Assembly (NCBI GenBank): GCA_963837955.1 | Contig: CAWIPH010000002.1 | Location: forward strand, 1,664,001 to 1,728,000 | Direction: 5' to 3' | DNA from: an uncultured Verrucomicrobiae bacterium | Lineage (GTDB): Bacteria; Verrucomicrobiota; Verrucomicrobiia; Chthoniobacterales; JAFAMB01 | DNA: 64,000 nucleotides | Shown here: one piece after another, positions 59,909-64,000 of the stretch | Layout of the letters: every line of letters starts with the position of its first letter | Numbering within the stretch: position 1 is the stretch's first letter | Position numbers and translations under genes: made by a program | Notes under the pieces: generated by a model | What the model saw: the letters and a program-made list of their open reading frames with translations, nothing else | What the model was told of the DNA's origin: nothing | Database searches by the model: none

Positions 59909-60057
59909 AAATAACCCGTTCTGATGCGTGATCTTCGCAGCGACACGTCTAAAGAGTTTGGGTTTTTGGTCGAATAAACAAACGTTAAGCTCGCGATAGT
60001 GCGCTGCATCGAGAGAAGGATTCGAACGCTCGACATTGGATCTGTCTTTCGGGTAGG

Positions 60058-61566
60058 ATGACAAACCGGGCGAACGCATCGGTCACGAATTTTATGGAAC
60101 ACTCGCAATTAGTTACTCGTAGTTATGGAAATTATCTGTGCGAAAGGGTTGCAGAGGTAGGAGCAGTAATTTGCATTTCTTTTGCTTGGTTCCTGCTGGT
60201 TCCTAGTACCCATGCTCAGGTCAGATCGGACATACCGATCGAGCATTTCATTTATATCATTCAGGAGAATCATTCGTTCGATAGCTATTTCGGTACCTTT
60301 CCGAACGCGAACGGGATTCCGACAGGAACGGCTCTACCGGAATATCCAGGCGGCCCGCCTACCATGAAGCCCTTTCTTATAACCACGACGCATATCCCAC
60401 ACGATATCAAGCATAACTGGCAGGCTGCTCGGACCGCATGGGACAACGGCAAAATGGATGGCTTTCTTTGGGCGGAGTGGCCAGACGCATTGACTTACTA
60501 TTGGGGAGGTAAGCCTGTTCCAACGCCGATTCCCGGGCTGGTCAACGGAAGTAAGAAAGCGGTTAGTCAGCCGCCTCAGGGCGTTACCGAGGTACTTTCA
60601 CCTCATGGAGCGGCAGACGATGAGGATGAAGATGCTCCCGACATCGAAGAACAGAACGCGGCTCTAGAAGCAGCCAAGCCTCTTGCTGCCGGGACTCCCA
60701 ATCCCGGAAATCGCCCGTCCTGGGTGCATTTCACGCTCGCTTACATGGATTTCAATGTAATTCCCAACTACTGGGAGTACGCCCGTAAGTTCACGTTGTG
60801 TGACTATTTCTTTTCGTCGCTCATGGGACCGAGTGAACCGAATCATCTTTATGCGGTTGCGGCACAATCGGGTGGTTTGGTAGGCGATCTAGGGCGCGGG
60901 CAGAATGTGTTTAATTTTCCGACGATGGTTGACCTGCTCAGTAGCTCCCATGTTTCCTGGAATTACTATAATGGGGCGATAAATCCAAGCTCGGTGTCGA
61001 TTTGGAATCCTCTGGCTGCCTTTGCGAAGTTTTACAATAATCCAGACTTGATATCGCACTTGGTGCCAACCCAGCAGTTCTATAACGATATCAGTGCAGG
61101 AACGCTGCCCCAAGTGTCTTGGGTAGTACCTGGCTACGAGAAGAGTGAACATCCGTCGACTAACGTCCGGACTGGAATGTGGTACGTGACTGATTTGATT
61201 AACGCGGTGATGCAAAGTCCGTACTGGAATAAATGTGCGATTATTGTGGTGTGGGATGATTACGGCGGTTTTTACGACCATGTTCCGCCCCAGCAACCTG
61301 ACATGTACGGTTTCGGGCCGCGCGTGCCCGCGATCGTGATCTCTCCTTACTCAAAAAGCGGTGTAGTTAATCATACCCAATTTGATATCACGTCACCTCT
61401 CAAGCTAATCGAAACAAAGTTCGGCCTTTCGTCGCTTACCCCGCGGGATGCCGCTTCCAGCGACATGCTAGACTGTTTCGACTTTTCTCAGCAGCCGCTT
61501 CCGCCGGACGTCATAACGAAAACGACCAAGCTTGACTTCAGTGGCATGGTCACGACCGTGCCCTAG
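60058..61566 (+). CDS. Secreted phosphoesterase (phospholipase C/acid phosphatase family), paralog 2
   Basis: [33 protein letters not shown]; start uncertain. Confidence 0.9.
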   Translation: MTNRANASVTNFMEHSQLVTRSYGNYLCERVAEVGAVICISFAWFLLVPSTHAQVRSDIPIEHFIYIIQENHSFDSYFGTFPNANGIPTGTALPEYPGGPPTMKPFLITTTHIPHDIKHNWQAARTAWDNGKMDGFLWAEWPDALTYYWGGKPVPTPIPGLVNGSKKAVSQPPQGVTEVLSPHGAADDEDEDAPDIEEQNAALEAAKPLAAGTPNPGNRPSWVHFTLAYMDFNVIPNYWEYARKFTLCDYFFSSLMGPSEPNHLYAVAAQSGGLVGDLGRGQNVFNFPTMVDLLSSSHVSWNYYNGAINPSSVSIWNPLAAFAKFYNNPDLISHLVPTQQFYNDISAGTLPQVSWVVPGYEKSEHPSTNVRTGMWYVTDLINAVMQSPYWNKCAIIVVWDDYGGFYDHVPPQQPDMYGFGPRVPAIVISPYSKSGVVNHTQFDITSPLKLIETKFGLSSLTPRDAASSDMLDCFDFSQQPLPPDVITKTTKLDFSGMVTTVP

Positions 61567-61592
61567 TTGCAGGTAGAGCGAAGCTGGAATCG

Positions 61593-62825
61593 CTAGGCGG
61601 TAGGCATCGCTTTGTCCGCTGGCTCACTCGACCGTTGGTTGCCAGGCAGTAAGTTCGCGTAGATTGTTTCCACTTTCTTGGCGAGAACCTGCCAATCGAA
61701 GTTGTTGATAGCTGTTTGCCGAGCGTTTGTGCCCAGCCTTTGGGCCAGTACGGGATCATGCAACAATGTCAAAATCGACTTGCCCATCTCCTGCCAGTCA
61801 TGATCCGGAACGGTCAACGCGTCATGCATATGGGTGATTCCCTTAGCCGCACCGGCGAAGCAGACGATCGGTTTGCCAGAGATCATATAGTTCAGAAGCT
61901 TAATCGGGTGTCCCGGGCATTCGGGCCGGGGAACCACGGTCACCGTCGCCATGGCGATATAATGTGGCAGATCGTCCAGGGTGTGGGGTCCAGCGAAAAT
62001 TACGTTTTCTGCGATTCCTAATTCGCGCGCGAGCGCTTGGTTAGCCTGTAAGTCGGGCTCGTTCTCGAGCGGGCTTACGACCATCAACAAGGCGGAGGGC
62101 TCTTCTTTCAGTACAACCGAGAAGGCTCGCAACAAATAGTCTACGCGCTGAAACGCGCTGTTTATGCCGGTATACATCACGACCGGTCGCGAACCGATAG
62201 CGTATTTGTCGCGAAATTTGTTAGCGTCAGCGTGATCGAACATAGCGGGTCTGATCCCGCACGGAATCACGGTCAATCGCTTCTTTGGAACACCGCGTTT
62301 GGCCAGCCAGTCATACAGCTCTTGGGTTACGGCAATGATGTGATCCGGAAAAATCGGCACAAACCAATCCAGCATCGCGCCGATCCATTTGGCTACAAAC
62401 TTTGGTCTGATGAAGCGGTAAGTGGCCAACTCGTCCGACATCAAGTTCACCGCGTTATAGATCATCGGCCTACCCGTTACGAATTTCGCGAACAATCCGA
62501 TCAACGCGCCTTCATAATTATGCGCATGGATGATTTCGATCTTTTCACGGCGGACGACACGACAAAGCTCGGTCAACATGAGGAAATCGAGAAACAACTT
62601 ATCGGTAGATGGACCTACGCTCGGGCCGCGCGATTGTTGGCGTTGGGCGACACGATGCAATTGCGCTTTCCCAACTGACAAATCTTGACCGTCAGGGTAG
62701 GTGACGATGTGAACGTCATGTCCCATCTCGGACAAAACTTCCGACAGCTCACGAATCGCACCAGGTGAGCCGTAATTTACTGGGAACGGACAGGCGGCTA
62801 CCATGGCTATGGAATAAGATTTCAT
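61593..62825 (-). CDS. GT4 family glycosyltransferase
   Basis: GT-B fold: GHDVHIVT, IHAHN, PIKLLNYMISGKPIV, FDW. Confidence 0.9.
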   Translation of the reverse strand: MKSYSIAMVAACPFPVNYGSPGAIRELSEVLSEMGHDVHIVTYPDGQDLSVGKAQLHRVAQRQQSRGPSVGPSTDKLFLDFLMLTELCRVVRREKIEIIHAHNYEGALIGLFAKFVTGRPMIYNAVNLMSDELATYRFIRPKFVAKWIGAMLDWFVPIFPDHIIAVTQELYDWLAKRGVPKKRLTVIPCGIRPAMFDHADANKFRDKYAIGSRPVVMYTGINSAFQRVDYLLRAFSVVLKEEPSALLMVVSPLENEPDLQANQALARELGIAENVIFAGPHTLDDLPHYIAMATVTVVPRPECPGHPIKLLNYMISGKPIVCFAGAAKGITHMHDALTVPDHDWQEMGKSILTLLHDPVLAQRLGTNARQTAINNFDWQVLAKKVETIYANLLPGNQRSSEPADKAMPTA

Positions 62826-62876
62826 ACCTGGAAGTCTTGGTTGGCTGAACGAGTTGAACGTCTAAGAACGTGTGAG

Positions 62877-64000
62877 CTACTCAATGTAGCCCAACGCCTT
62901 TAGGCGTTCCTCAACGAGTGCGGCGTCCTCCGCGGAATAGGTAGACCCCTCTCCTCCAGTTGAGCCGTCGCCCTGGACTTGGTCGTACTGAACTGGATGC
63001 CGCGCGACAAACTCGGGTTCGAACAAATCGGTCAATACTCGTCCGTCCATGTCTGAGGGAATTTTCTCGCCTGCCAGATAGAGCAACGTCGGCCCCATGT
63101 CCATCAATCTTGCCCCGTTTATCTGCCCGCCTTTTTTTGTCGGACCGCCCTTCACGATCAAAATTCCTTCGTATCGATGGGTGCCGGCCCATTCCGGCTC
63201 TTTCATAGGGTGGCGCTCTCGAATGTATAATGGGGGTTTATCACCTTCTTCCGGAAAGCTCGGACTACTGGCAAATGCATTTTTGCTCCACCAGTCGAGA
63301 ATCAAATCGGGCGCCTCTCCGGCATATGGCCCCTGGAAGACTTCATCACGCCGATAGATGCGAGGAATAACCTGCTCACCAGTACGCGGATCCTTAAGTT
63401 CCTCTAGTTTTTGAGTAATTGTGGTGAGGAGACCTTCGTATTCGCTCTCTTCGACGATGCCGGAAGGTTTTGAACCTTTGAGGTTGATCCAGATGCTTGG
63501 AGGCGACGCGAGCACTTCGCTGCAGTAGGCTTTCGTCTGAGACCAATCAATATTTGCAAATGAGGTATAGGCACCCTCGAAGCGCTCTCTCAACGCCGGA
63601 AAGAGGTTTGCCAGCATCTTTTTCTGGCTAGAGCTCAAAGAACTGCGGATCACGCGGTAGAGAGTTCGAACCAGTTTTTGTTTTAACTTGGCGATTCCGG
63701 ATTGCTTGTTCTCAAGATATTTGAGCAAGCCAAGCTGTGCCAAATAGCGATTCAGGTAGACGACCCGGTCAGAAACTGGTCCACCTCCGTGATCCGAGAC
63801 AATCATTATGGTCGTTTCTTCCGGCAAGCGTTTCACAAATTCTCCAACAGCTTGATCGAGGCGCTGATAGACGTTTAAAATCGCGTTGCTAAACTTCTTG
63901 GCAGAAACGGGATCATGGAGAAAATGCTGAGGATCCATGTAATGCCAGAAATGGTGCTGAACAGTGTCTATCGACATGTAGGTTAGCATCATTACGTCGG
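62877..64000 (-). CDS. Alkaline phosphatase/nucleotide pyrophosphatase family protein (5' end outside the window)
   Basis: DTVQHHFW, IVSDHG, APDL, GTH...G, DMGPTLL...MDGR, C-terminal ERLKALGY. Confidence 0.85.
   Translation of the reverse strand, partial: DVMMLTYMSIDTVQHHFWHYMDPQHFLHDPVSAKKFSNAILNVYQRLDQAVGEFVKRLPEETTIMIVSDHGGGPVSDRVVYLNRYLAQLGLLKYLENKQSGIAKLKQKLVRTLYRVIRSSLSSSQKKMLANLFPALRERFEGAYTSFANIDWSQTKAYCSEVLASPPSIWINLKGSKPSGIVEESEYEGLLTTITQKLEELKDPRTGEQVIPRIYRRDEVFQGPYAGEAPDLILDWWSKNAFASSPSFPEEGDKPPLYIRERHPMKEPEWAGTHRYEGILIVKGGPTKKGGQINGARLMDMGPTLLYLAGEKIPSDMDGRVLTDLFEPEFVARHPVQYDQVQGDGSTGGEGSTYSAEDAALVEERLKALGYIE

Noticed and set aside
52535..62825. Canonical pel operon
   Set aside because: GT4, flippase and TPR roles are analogous, but no PelA, PelC or PelD is recognisable, and GT-C, MFP and TolC are not Pel components
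1..64000. CRISPR array, tRNA, rRNA, known riboswitch
   Set aside because: No regularly spaced repeat-spacer units or recognisable RNA gene cores were seen by eye; a covariance search was not possible

Overview
Bacterial accessory region with about 45 intact protein-coding genes. No rRNA, tRNA, CRISPR array or intact integrase/transposase was seen. Gene and repeat style suggests a soil Verrucomicrobia-like host (tentative inference). 0.1-14 kb: an ABC-2 exporter operon with an outer-membrane beta-barrel, AcrAB-type RND pump and three TetR regulators with visible operators. 14-31 kb: redox/catabolic genes, including a cNMP-TrxB fusion lacking CxxC, an aldolase-isomerase-HAD-amine oxidase-MFS operon, a frameshifted CGNR regulator, an LDH-family enzyme and an RclA-like reductase. 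31-43 kb: polyol SBP/FGGY kinase/SorC, a ppk1 whose autophosphorylated His is replaced by Arg, fahA and aaeXAB-like genes. 44-64 kb: a cell-envelope glycan locus (beta-propeller, two phosphoesterase paralogs, TolC, two GH-like TIM barrels, MFP, Wzx-type flippase, TM-TPR protein, large GT-C, GT4, AlkP-family protein) in which the MFP and TolC have no ABC/RND pump partner. This locus is the best candidate for an undescribed system. Non-coding structure includes REPIN-like elements, one carrying an IS1182 fragment, and four pairs of 40-75 bp imperfect direct repeats that bracket gene blocks; two of these are dead copies of a downstream gene's 5' end.
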